A DNA stretch of 64,000 nt from Macrostomum lignano (taxonomy: Eukaryota), in NCBI GenBank assembly GCA_002269645.1, contig NIVC01002519.1, positions 62,001-126,000 of the forward strand. Direction: 5' to 3'. Shown here piece by piece: positions 24,103 to 35,165 of this stretch; the stretch's first letter is position 1; every line of letters starts with the position of its first letter. Made by a program: the position numbers and the translations under genes. Below the pieces are notes generated by a model. That model saw only the letters and a program-made list of their open reading frames with translations, was not told the origin of the DNA and searched no databases.

Positions 24103-26389
24103 AATGTGAGGGTTTCACGGGAGATATTCAGATAGGGGCTCCCTAAAACACGCCCCGCACCGGGCCCCGAACCGCTACACATTATAACATTTTTTGTCAA
24201 TGCAGTATTTGATTGCAAGGAAAAGTTAAAATAGTAATGGAAGAAATATCTTTATTTATTTATTTAAATATTATAATTTTTTTTATATTCTCATTTTCAT
24301 TATTAATTTATAATATTATTATTTTATTAATATTATTATTAATATCACTTATTGTTCACCGAATTTTATATTTCAAAGTAAAAAAACTAAATTTAATAAA
24401 AACTTGAAGCTTAACAGAAAACGCATTCTGAAGTGTCTTTAGTTATAGTCCAATTTGTTTTAATGTGTAGCGCTGCAGGGCGGTGCGGGGTGTGTTTTAG
24501 GGAGACCCATTCAGACAGACATTCAAAATGATTGTCTGTAACTTCAAACAAAATTGACCCGCTTCAACCATCTTTTTGGCAAATACTTACGTAAGTGTTG
24601 GGCGTCGAATAAGCTTTAATTTATTAACTGAAGTAAAAATCCTTCTGACATACATTGATTTAAAAATTGCTTAGCAACACTAGCTCTGATTAGAAATCGC
24701 TTTACTGTTGACTAAAATTGTTTTGATCGTAGCAGCCTAAAAGCAGATACTGGATTTAAAAATGCTTCGATTTACTCTATATGCATGTCTCAGCTTTAAA
24801 ATGACACCTCAGGTGTTGCAAAAGACAGCTTTGATGCTGAGATATTCGACACTAAACATTGCTTTGCTCAAACTCACATTCGGAAACTTCACTGATTTTT
24901 ATTCAATATTTGTTCAGATGCTTGTCTACTTCTCCATTTATTAACCATCACATGGAGCCTTGCTAACGTACAAGTGTATGTAGTTACTGTAAATGGGGTT
25001 TTTGTGACTCACTTAAACTTGTTTACGCATTCTGCAGCTATTCGCCGCCTTTCATTGGAGTGATTCATGGAGTCCAGTTGATAAATTTCCGCAAATTGGA
25101 TTGCTTCTACATCAGATCTCAACATTTGGAACCATCCTTGAACTATTTCAGAGTTAAGTGAGCTAATGGCATCAAATGGAAGGCTAGTGCTCATACTCGT
25201 AAGCGAAGCAGGTTCACAATTGAAATGGTTGTATTCATGGCCATGGGATCTAAACTGATCTGTTTTACTTTCACGATCGCTTCGGTCTCCGAAGGAGCAG
25301 CAGTTGATGGACTGAGGTGAGAAGAAGATGTGTCACGACTTGAGCTGTTTTTAGAAAATATCTTTATCCAATTAAATATTTTCATGCGGCTCCTTAGGTT
25401 GTTCCGAATTCCGAGTCTAGAAGTCAAGACAAAAAAAGTTAAGAACTGCTACGGTAGTCCATAGGGATTGGAAAGCTTAGCAGTACATTAGAAATCGCCT
25501 GTTCAATCTAAAAAGTTTGAAGTACATATAGCTATTGGGTTGCAACAACAGTAGAAAAAATTCTTCCTTTTTATTTTATTCCCACCGCTTACCTCATTCC
25601 GATTTGGATAGCAGAATTGCCACGCAAAAAAAGTAAAAACATAACAATAAACTATTTGCTTCATATTAATTGCCACTGACTGTTAATAAACGCAACGTCA
25701 ATTTCTCTCAATAACAGTTGGAACATGTTTCTTGAACACTCGTATATTTATTTGAACCGCAAAGCGGTGAAAAAGTCATGATTGGTCGCCATATATACAA
25801 ATGTATACTCACAGACTCACTGACTCAGGTACAATCTATGCAATATAAAGGCAGGCATCATTAAAAATCAAATACTTAAGACAGTTTAGGAGAAGTCCAG
25901 GTTTAAACTGGACATGACTAGAATTTGACAAGTTTCTGATGAAAAAACAAGGACATGGCAGCTGCACAAATATCAATAAAAATCAGTGAAATTTCTGAAT
26001 GTGAGTTTGCGCAAAGCAATTGCTTAGTGTCAAATATCTCAGCATCAAAGCTGTCTTTTGCAACGCCTGAGGTGTCATTTTAAAGCTGAGACATGCGTAT
26101 AGAGTAAATCGAAGCATTTTTAAATCCAGTATCTGCTTTTAGGCTGCTACGATCAAAACAATTTTAGTCAACAGTAAAGTGATTTCTAATCAGAGTGTTG
26201 CTAAGCAATTTTTAAATCAATGTATGTCAGAAGGATTTTTACTTCAGTTAATAAATTAAAGCTTATTCGATGCCCAACACTTGCGTAAGTATTTGCCAAA
26301 AAGATGGTTGAAGCGGGTCAATTTTGTTTAAAGTTACAGACGATCGTTTCGAATGTCTGTCTGAATATCTCTCGTGAAACCCTCACATT
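24103..26389. mobile_element. Non-autonomous DNA element with ~430-bp TIRs and ~1-kb interior
   Basis: 24103-24134 plus 24518-24925 is the near-perfect reverse complement of 25955-26389. No transposase recognised and no TSD resolved. Confidence 0.75.
24135..24508. mobile_element. Mutator-like MITE inserted in the left TIR of the larger element
   Basis: TIRs GGGGCTCCCTAAAACACGCCCCGCACCG / CGGTGCGGGGTGTGTTTTAGGGAGACCC. 9-bp TSD ATTCAGATA (24126-24134) / ATTCAGACA (24509-24517). Confidence 0.75.
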
Positions 26390-26936
26390 CTAAACAAGAC
26401 TCAAGAGAAATTGATTGAGCACGCGAAGGCGTATTCAGCATGCCAGTGAAGTATGAGACAGACTAGGCCCATGGGCTAAGGTCTGCGATGCTTCACGCCT
26501 GCCCCTATCTTCAGCAGGTCAAGGCTGGTGGGAGGTCTGCACCCTCTATTTGCCTCTGGCAGCCGCAGACCCCCCCCCACGCTGTCTCGCAAGTCGACCC
26601 AGGGTACTCGTCCCCGCGTGTGTTCAAGGCAGTCCCTAGGGCTGCTGGACAGACTGGGCTCCGGCGCTGGCGACCCTATCCAGTGGCTTCGGCCGAATTT
26701 GGGTATGCGGGTCTGGCTCGCCAACCTGCAGGCCGTGGTACTGCTCAATGTACTCTCTAATGCCTAAGGTGTTGACCGTGCCGATGGGCTGGAAGGCCGG
26801 GGAGTAGTCCGGTCGCAAGCGGTCCCCCTCCTGGTGTCGGGCCAGCCTTGAGGGTGCTATTGGCCTACTGCCCGGTCAGGTGGAGCGGCCGGGTGGGTAC
26901 CGCGCCCCTTTGAGGGTAGCCCACCAACCTTTTATC

Positions 26937-28442
26937 ATGGCCTTCGAGCCGACTATGGATAAACAAGCTATTTCTAGGGACGGGGACCCTTCTAAACCCC
27001 AACCTCAGTCCGAAGGACCGGCCGGCCCTGCTGGCAGATCCCAACCGACTGATTCAACTGTGGCAAAGGAAGGACCGGCTGGCTCTGCTGGCAGATCCGA
27101 CCAGAGCTACCAAACTCAAAATACCCTAAGACCTGCCAGCTCCGCTGGTGGATCTAAAGGAACCGCGAGCTCTGAGCCTAAAGGACCGGCCAAATCTGGC
27201 AGATCCGATGAAGCTCAGCGGGCTCGGCTTGAGCGCAAACGCGCTAAACAACGCGCCAAAAGGCAGGCCAAGAAGGGAGCTGCGGGGGCCAAAGCGGCGG
27301 CGTCCACCATGGATGCTGAAGCGACTGGAGTCCCAAGGCAACCAGGCGGGCCGGCCGGTGGAAGCTCCAGTAGTTCAGCGGCGGCGCTCCCTGGAGCTGC
27401 TGCCGCGGCTGCTGAGGCCGAAACCACGGCGCAACAAATGGCCACTGCCAACAAGGAGGTTCCTTCGGGAGCTACCTTTGCGGCGAAGGCCAAGGCCAAA
27501 ATCCCGGGAGTGATCATCCAAGGTCGCGACCAGGACTGGACCACTGATCAGCTTCAAAAAGTGTGGAGTGCTGTTGACTCCTATCTGATTGAGCTGACTG
27601 TCGAGGAGGGAATCTCCATCGGCGTTGAGCGGATGGTGCTGCGAAGCACATTCGTTCTTATTGCTCCTAGCAGCGAGGAGGACGCTCGGCGGCTGCTCCA
27701 GCGGCTACTGACGGTCTCCTTGGATGCTGACCTTGGTGGAGCTCTTTTTCTTCGCGAGGGCCAGCGTCCAAAGACGATACCCTATGTGGTTTTCGTCCCT
27801 GCTAAGAGCACCGCAGCTGGACCAGACGTTATTCGCCGGGTCCTACTGCGTCTGAACCCCGACCTCCCTACTAGTGGACTGGTGTATCACCGCAAAGTCC
27901 GCAGGGGGGAGACGGGCAACTCAATTGTCCTCGGCCTTTCCAGCACTTGGGCGAGTCGGTACCCTAATGGATCCTCTTTCCAGCTGGGTGCCCTCAAGCT
28001 CAAGTTGCGCCGAGGAAAGTCTGCCAAAGGGAAGGCTACTGCCAACCCCGGCATCTCCGGCAAGAGCGGGGCGCAGTCTAAGGCCCAAGGAAAGGCGCAA
28101 GCCGATCCCAAAGCCAAAGCTGCATCTCGCCCCTCTGCTAGCAGCAGTTCGGCGACCGCGGTAACGGCTCCGGCCGAGCCCCGGGAACCAAACCTGCCAG
28201 TCGGAGAAGGAGTTGAGGACGAGGCCGGGTCTTCGGAATCCGAGCTCTCCTCGGCCACCTTGGTGGGGTCTGAAGGTAAAGATGCAGGTGAGGAAGCTTC
28301 CTCCATCCTGTCATCGGAGCCTGAGGACTCTGCTGGGGGGGCCGGTGGGGGTGAGGAGGCCATGGACGTCGACCAACTCCCATCTCCCAGTCAAGCCCCA
28401 GCGGCCTGGGACGAGGACGATCTGTTGTCCAAGTCTCCTTGA
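26937..28442 (+). CDS. LINE ORF1 (gag-like, basic and low-complexity ends, no CCHC knuckle seen)
   Basis: Open frame of ~500 aa from ATG 26937, ending 39 nt before ORF2. Confidence 0.8.
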   Translation: MAFEPTMDKQAISRDGDPSKPQPQSEGPAGPAGRSQPTDSTVAKEGPAGSAGRSDQSYQTQNTLRPASSAGGSKGTASSEPKGPAKSGRSDEAQRARLERKRAKQRAKRQAKKGAAGAKAAASTMDAEATGVPRQPGGPAGGSSSSSAAALPGAAAAAAEAETTAQQMATANKEVPSGATFAAKAKAKIPGVIIQGRDQDWTTDQLQKVWSAVDSYLIELTVEEGISIGVERMVLRSTFVLIAPSSEEDARRLLQRLLTVSLDADLGGALFLREGQRPKTIPYVVFVPAKSTAAGPDVIRRVLLRLNPDLPTSGLVYHRKVRRGETGNSIVLGLSSTWASRYPNGSSFQLGALKLKLRRGKSAKGKATANPGISGKSGAQSKAQGKAQADPKAKAASRPSASSSSATAVTAPAEPREPNLPVGEGVEDEAGSSESELSSATLVGSEGKDAGEEASSILSSEPEDSAGGAGGGEEAMDVDQLPSPSQAPAAWDEDDLLSKSP

Positions 28443-31400
28443 TGGCCCTGGGCTCTAGCCAGATATTGCATTTAATACAGTATGACTAAGCTCCACGCTG
28501 CCAAAGGAGCGACATTCTGTCTGCAAATAAATTTACAGCATTGCGTATCTGCGTCAGTAAATCTGATGAAGATTGCTGAGCTGTACAGGCCAGGCCTCAT
28601 CCTGATCCAGGAACCCTGGATGCGCAACGGTAAGTTGCCCAACATTCCCTCTGGCTACTCTGATTTTTATGTGTGTGGCCCGGGGAACAGCCGCCCTAGA
28701 GCGGCTATCCTCGCTGCTAGCCATCTCCAGGCTTGGCTGAGGACTGATCTCTCTGATGGAGACCTTTGCGTCATCCAATCTAATCATTTCTCTCCGCGTA
28801 CGTGTCTTGTTGCCTCGGTTTATATCCCAGGCGACAGAGACCCTGCTCCGAGAGTTTACTGCGCCTTGCGCAGTACTGCGAGTCCCAGAACGCTGAGCTG
28901 TGCTTAGGGGGCGACCTCAACGCGCACCACAAGCACTGGGGCAGCAAAGATACCAACACTAGAGGAGAGGAGCTTCTGGCCCTCATCTCTAACACAAACC
29001 TCATGCTCTGCAACCGCGGCAGCACTCCTACCTTTAATAATGGCAGATGGACCGAGGTCCTCGACGCCACACTCGTTACCCCAAGACTCTTTGACAGAGT
29101 CAAGGAGTGGAGAGTCTGGTCTGAGGAGCCCTCCCTGTCTGACCACTGCTTTATCGCCTTTAATATCGCGGACACTAAAACCCAGTCTCCGATCACTTGG
29201 AGACGCAATATCCGCAACACTGATTGGGCGGCCTACAAGGCTGCCCTTGATCTGCACCTGCAGGAACTCACGGACTTACGTCCGATTGAGACCTGCGAGG
29301 ATGTGGATCATATGGCTGAGACGCTGACAGGTTGCATTATTGCAGCCTACGAAGCGGCTTGTCCTGCTCGCGCCTACAGAGGCAAGACCTCGGCGCCGTG
29401 GTAGAACCCGGAGCTGGGGAAACTCAGGCGGAAGGCCAAAAGCCTTCATCGCCGTGCCATGAAGACCGGAAACCCGGAGGACATGGAGCTTTTCCGGCAA
29501 GCCTCCCGCAATTTCAAATCTGAAGTGCACAAGGCCAAGGAATGTAAGTGGCGCCAATTCTGCAATGAATTGGATCAAGACAGACCTACTTCTAGGCTTG
29601 TCAAGGCCCTTACAATGGACAAAATGTCCAAATTAGCCATGATAAAAAAGATGATGGCTCTCTTACTAAAGACCCTGAAGAAGTGCTTCAGCATATGCTT
29701 AGCACATTCTTCCCGAGGGTACCTACTGCTAGACCGGAGCCCAACCATTCGATGGATGGAGCCACCCTAGCGGCGGGCATTGTCACTGAAGACCTAATCG
29801 CTCGTGCGGTCAGAACCTTCAAACCCTTCAAATCTCCTGGACCTGATGGTATCTACCCTGTTCTCCTTCGTGAAGCAGCCAAGATACCCTCGTTCCTGAG
29901 ACTCACCCGCAATCTTATGCGGGCCTCTATCCAGCTGGGATACGTTCCCAAAAGCTGGACTGAAGCTCGAGTAGTCTTTATTCCCAAACCTGGGAAGGGT
30001 GACTACCAAAGCGTCAAGGCCTTCCGGCCAATTAGCTTAACGTCAGCAATGCTTAAGCTCACTGAGAGGCTTATTCTCTGGCGGCTGCTCTCCTGCGAGC
30101 TGACAGCGATGCCCCTCAGCAATAATCAGCACGCCTTCCGTACCGGGAGGTCGACTGACAGCGCCCTGCATGCGATTGTCGAAAAGATTGAACGGGCGGT
30201 ACTGGGTGACGGTTACGCCCTGGCTCTCTTTCTTGACATTGTTGGCGCCTTCGACAACGTTATCTTTGAAGCGTTTCAGAGGGCCCTTCAAAATCGCAAA
30301 GCTCATGCTACCCTCATACGGTGGATCATGTACATGATCTCCAACCGTACGGTCACTGCCCAACTTCTTGGGCAAACTGCCTCCACCAGAGTCTGTAAGG
30401 GTGGACCCCAAGGCGGAGTCCTCACCCCGACGCTCTGGAACCTGGTCATGGACGCTCTTCTGAGTGACTCCCGACCTGACCCCGTCTTCAAAGTCGGGTA
30501 TGCTGATGACGTCACGGCCATTGTGGCAGGACCGTCTCCCAGCACGCTCAGGGATCTGATGCAGAGCTTTATCCGCAAAGCAAATCCTGGGCCAATGACA
30601 ATGGTTTGGAACTCTCTGAGCCCAAAACCGTTGCCATTATGTTTACCAGCAGACTACGCTGGAACATACGTCCTCTGCAGCTCTACGGCAGAGATATTGC
30701 CTTCGCGCACCAGACCAGATGTCTCGGGGTCACACTTGACCACCGGCTCAACTGGTCCTTCCACGTGAAAGCAAAAGCTAAGCGTGCCTCAGCCATCCTG
30801 GCCCAGCTCCGACGAGCACTTGGCACTTCTTGGGGTCTATCCCCAAAGCGGCTTTGGTGGATCTATACTTCCGTAGTTAGACCTGCCATTACGTACGCCT
30901 CTGTTGTCTGGGTTAGCGCTACCCAGGTCAAAAGCCATGCAGACCTGCTCAACACGATCCAAGGCAGAGCGTGTAGGCTCATCTGCAACGCCACCAGGTC
31001 CACGCCCTTTGCTGGCATGGGGGCCTTTCTTAATCTTCCGCCTCTTGACCTCTTCATCAGGGGTGAGGCGGCTAGAACGACGCGGCGTCTAATTGATGCC
31101 GGCGTCAAATTCATTTACATGAGAGCACCTGCTAAGCGGAACCTTGTCCCGCATAGCGATCTGTGCCTCAACTTTCTCAACGAGTGTCAGGCCAATCGCG
31201 TCTTCACCGATGGCATTGCCTCAACGCTCAACCTGAGACAGCGCTACTCCGTAGCTATCGACTCGCGCGATAACATCAATGACCATTGGAACCCTGGTGA
31301 GCTTCATTGCTACACCGACGGTTCTAAGCAGTCAGCCAACACCGGCTTTGGTGTTGGAATCTTTCTGAACGGGAGGGTCATCGCTACCCACGCTCAATAC

Positions 31401-31787
31401 ACTGGGGTCAACTCCAGTGTTTTCCAAAATGAAGTTCTGGCCATCAGCTCCTGCACTGCAGAGCTTCTCGCCACTGGCGTTACTGGTAAGAACATCATTT
31501 TCCATTCGGACAGCCAAGCTGCCTTGCACGCCATCAGTGGCTGCAGCACCAACTCTGCTACAGTCCTTGACTGTATCAAACTCCTCAATGTGTTGGGTTC
31601 CGCCAACAAAATTACCCTTAAGTGGGTTCCGGGGCATGTGGGGATCCGAGGAAATGAGTTGGCTGACACCCTTGCAAAAGTTGGTGCCTCCGGCTCCTCT
31701 CTCGGCCCCGAACCTCTTGTCCCGATCCCTGGCTGTGTCATCGACTCGCGCATCAAAGCGTGGATCAGGACTCAGCACCGCTCGACT

Positions 31788-32067
31788 CCCTATTGCAGCG
31801 CATGGCTTAAGTACGCCAGACGCCTACACAACCTGCGCCACGCTGTGAAATGACTTACCTGTGAAAGAAACCCTAAAGCAAAATTAACGCAGTTTTGGGT
31901 AAACGGCAGGAGTAACTATGACTGTCTTATCAAGCCTAAATGCCTCGGCATCTAATTAGTACCGCGCCGCGCCGTACTAATCGCCGCGCGCCGTACGCGC
32001 CGCGCCGCGCCGTATTAGATCCGCGCCGGACGCCGTCCGCCAAAATGCCCATGCGCTGCAATCAGGG
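31788..32067. mobile_element. 280-bp MITE inserted in LINE ORF2
   Basis: TIRs CCCTATTGCAGCGCATGG / CCATGCGCTGCAATCAGGG. TSD CTCGACT at 31781-31787 and 32068-32074 (8 bp GCTCGACT if the right end is shifted by 1). Removing it restores ...TQHRSTWANRTNC. Subterminal CGCC repeats. Confidence 0.88.
31897..31960 (+). other. 28S rRNA-derived fragment (helix 69-71 region, R2/I-PpoI target) inside the MITE
   Basis: 54/64 ungapped identity by hand to the conserved eukaryotic GGGTAAACGGCGGGAGTAACTATGACTCTCTTAAGGTAGCCAAATGCCTCGTCATCTAATTAGT (recalled consensus). Not a functional rRNA gene. Confidence 0.85.
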
Positions 32068-34904
32068 CTCGACTTGGGCGAACCGCACGAACTGCAGGCA
32101 ATCCAGAGGCGCTGTCCCTCAGCCCTCTCACCAGCTCCGGAAGCTCCTCTTGCGCCTCTCGCGCAGAGACATCCGGGCTGCCACCATGACCCTCTCTGGT
32201 CACGGCTGCTTCTCCAGGCACCAGTACCTGCAGGGCAACGCCACCAACGCCACCTGTAGTTTCTGCAACTCAGGTGACGAAACCGCTGAGCATTTCGTCA
32301 GCATCTGTCCCGCCTTCACGCGGGCCAGACTCACTTACCTCGGGCCACACACATCTATTACTGAAGCGTGCAAACCCGAAAACTTTAATCAGCTCATGCG
32401 CTACCTTCGGGCCACCCGCAGGGCTGAACTCTCCTTTCCAGAGAGCACCATAGCTGCTGGCGACACTGGGGACCTCCCTGGGCCGCGCCAACCCTCCGTC
32501 CATAGCGACGCGTCGGCCGTTCAGGGACTAGCGGAATGGGCGCCCGCGCCTTCCCGCTGTGTCCCCTCCGGGACAGCCCTGCAGCTAAGTCAAGTAAGTC
32601 AAGAGAAATTGCACTCTGAGCCTTAAAATCGCACCTTGAAATTTGGCACAAGGTGCGATTTTGCACCTTATCTCTGGCGAAAAAAAAACCCAGCTTTTGA
32701 ATGCATATTTTGGCAAGTAATTGGACCCTTATTGAAGTCCCGACTCCCTACCAAAGAACAAAGTTAGGCCTAATATATTAATATTATAGCCTATACAATA
32801 CTACAATAGGCCTAGGACAAACACAAATGGAATTTGGAATAGTTATAGGCCCCTACCTATATATCTTCAAAAAATCAAAATTATTAGGCCTATTTAACAT
32901 GATTTTGACAGATTAATGGATTTAAAAGGTATTAGATAAAACATTAAAACAGCACTTGAAGTTGAAAATGAAAATGTCTCATTTAAATTACAAATATGAA
33001 AACTGAAAAAATTTGTTTGCTTAGGGCCTAATTACAGAGAACAGTACAGTTTTAGTTTTGCAATGTACTGTTTAAATTAAATTAGGCAATTTCTAGAGTT
33101 CTGGCACAAACCCATTTTCTAATAGCTATATTTATGGGTATAATATAGCAGAAACATTTTACTTTTTAACAGGTGGTTGATATTGAGATTTTGTTCAAGA
33201 TAGGCCTAAGATCAAAACGAAACGATGAGATTCAAATCAATATACTTCTTATGTTCAAGACTTCATTATTAGTAGATAACTGCCTGCCTGCAGAAGACTG
33301 CTGGATCATTAGCCATTAGAAAACGGGTTCCAGTGCCGGAACCCTAGCCATTACAATTAAATTAGGCAAATTAAGTAGCTTATTAACTATAAACTATGTA
33401 TCTTTAACACAGAACTATCTGATTTAGGTTTGTATTGCTGCATGTATAGGCCCTATATATTTAATAAAGTCCACGCATCTGCATGGTAGTAGTAGTAGTA
33501 GTAGTAAGTTTGGCTCAGGCAAAGAGCCTGTTTTGCCAATATGATTCGATGTATTTAATATTTGTTCAAAAGGTTGATTATTTCTTGATCGATTAATAGG
33601 CCCCTACGATTTAAATGATATTTTTATAAGTAGGTATTTGAAAGAGCGTCTGGAATTTTTACGGTTTTTTCGAACGACTAACGACTAACAACAGAACGAC
33701 AAGATTTTAAGAAGGGAATAATTATACAAAAACAGTGTGACGAATAAAGGCGGGAAGACGTACGGTTTGTGTAGCGGTTAAATTTAATAATCTAGAGCCA
33801 GCAGCCGACTTCCCTTAGCGTAAATTGCAGATTTGGTATGTTGAATTGAAGGTTAGGTTTGGATTGGTAGCTGCTTAATTTTAGTGCGACTAAAGCAATT
33901 GAATGCGACGGCTAAGGGGCCCGCGAGAAGCGAAGCGAAAACCCAGGAGTGAAGGGAGAGAGCGGCGTGGCTGACTGCAAGCGTATATTTAATTGGTAGG
34001 TAAACAGATAACAAACAACAACACCCCTAATCCAAAACCCAGACAAAATGTAATACATATAACCTGTCTATAAGTCTTTTGTTTTAAAAAAACCTAGAAT
34101 TGATGGTATCAAAAATTCAACGCATCTTAGCATATGTACCTGTAGGAGTGAAGCGACATGTAACCGACAGATACTGAAGAAAATTGCTAGTGTTGCACAG
34201 GTTGTAGCGCATGTATAATCGGGTGGTAGTCACTCGAAAACTCCCACTTCCAGACCTTAAGCCTAGCTGGGAACAAAATTCAGTGATCACTTGTGCGGGC
34301 TCCTCTTCTTTGCAGTCCGGGTTGCAGTTGCGCGCTTAAGAATTCTCGCTGTTGACTCTGAACGAAGTCGGCCGAATATGAGAGCACACTTTAATTAAAT
34401 TGTCGTCAATGTGTTCAATAAACAAAATCGGAGATGCGCCCTAATAACAAAGTCAATTATATAACAATAATAACGAGGTCCTCCAGGAAGGGCGTCTTCT
34501 TCTGGAAATAACAGAATCAGAGTCGTGTGCCCTTATCTGTTACTCTAGGGTATCAAAATCAATCAATTAAGAATCCTCTAAAGGTATCGGAATCTGTCTG
34601 CAGATCCTATCCAATCCCTTAGGAAAAGGGAAGGCCTCAAATTCAATAAACTCAGTAAAATTAACTGATTAGTAACAGTCGGTAATAACAAGGCTCTCAA
34701 TAATCAAATAACGAAGGCTCGAACAAAGACTTACCGAACGGTATTTATTTCCCTCAGAGATTTAGCCTCGCTTAGCTGCTCCCAGCAAGCTCAAGATATC
34801 TTTTGGAGGCTGCTCCGAGTCTGAGATTTTAGCTCGGATTTTTCGCTTGCATTTATAGGCAATTTTTGAGAAATATAAATCGCAACATAACTCATCTAGC
34901 TTAT

Positions 34905-35165
34905 CGGTAAAAATAGTAACATGATTCTTCTTTGCGCTATAAATAGTAAGACGATTAATCTTCGTTATAAATAGTAACATGATTCTTCTTTGCGCTATAA
35001 ATAGTAAGACGATTAATCTTCGTTATAAATAGTAACATGATTCTTCTTTGCGCTATAAATAGTAAGACGATTAATCTTCGTTTTAAATAGTAACATGATT
35101 CATAAGTTTCGTTATAAATAGTAACATGATTCATAAGTTTCGTTATAAATAGTAACCTGATTCAC
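34905..35165. repeat. ~60-bp tandem repeat with 30-bp subunits
   Basis: AAATAGTAACATGATTCTTCTTTGCGCTATAAATAGTAAGACGATTAATCTTCGTTAT about 3 times plus partial copies. Confidence 0.9.

Larger units (their letters stand above)
28482..32450 (+). pseudogene. LINE ORF2: AP endonuclease, reverse transcriptase, RNase H, C-terminal C/H motif; disrupted
   Basis: APE motifs QINLQH, LIQEP, GGDLNAH and SDH. RT motifs KSPGPDG, FRPISLTS, PQGGVL and YADD. RNase H motifs YTDGS, HSDSQAAL and WVPGHVGIRGNELAD. Then CSFCNSGDETAEHFVSIC. Lesions: frameshifts near 28840, 29650 and 30580, TAG at 29402 (WWNPEL to W*NPEL), and an insertion at 31788. Confidence 0.92.
26414..32598 (+). mobile_element. Full-length LOA/R1-group non-LTR retrotransposon (ORF1 + APE-RT-RNaseH), inactivated
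   Basis: 13-bp TSD TCAAGAGAAATTG at 26401-26413 and 32599-32611. 3-prime tail of TAAGTCAAG repeats, ~520-bp 5-prime UTR, two ORFs. Confidence 0.92.

Noticed and set aside
26414-26930. HDV-like ribozyme in the LINE 5-prime UTR
   Set aside because: Such ribozymes are known for some LOA/R2-type elements, but I could not assemble a convincing P1-P4 double pseudoknot by eye. It needs a descriptor search.
27126-31778. Antisense and alternate-frame ORFs over the LINE
   Set aside because: Shadow ORFs of GC-rich coding sequence with no independent motifs.
31897-31960. Functional 28S rRNA gene
   Set aside because: Only 64 nt match, the helix 69 pairing is broken without compensation, and the flanks are MITE sequence.
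32068-32626. Separate 228-aa gene (ORF 31940-32626)
   Set aside because: It is MITE sequence fused to the C-terminal part of LINE ORF2, reading through the tail and TSD.
34100-34980. Coding-like minus-strand fragments
   Set aside because: Interrupted by stops in all frames tried, with no recognisable family.
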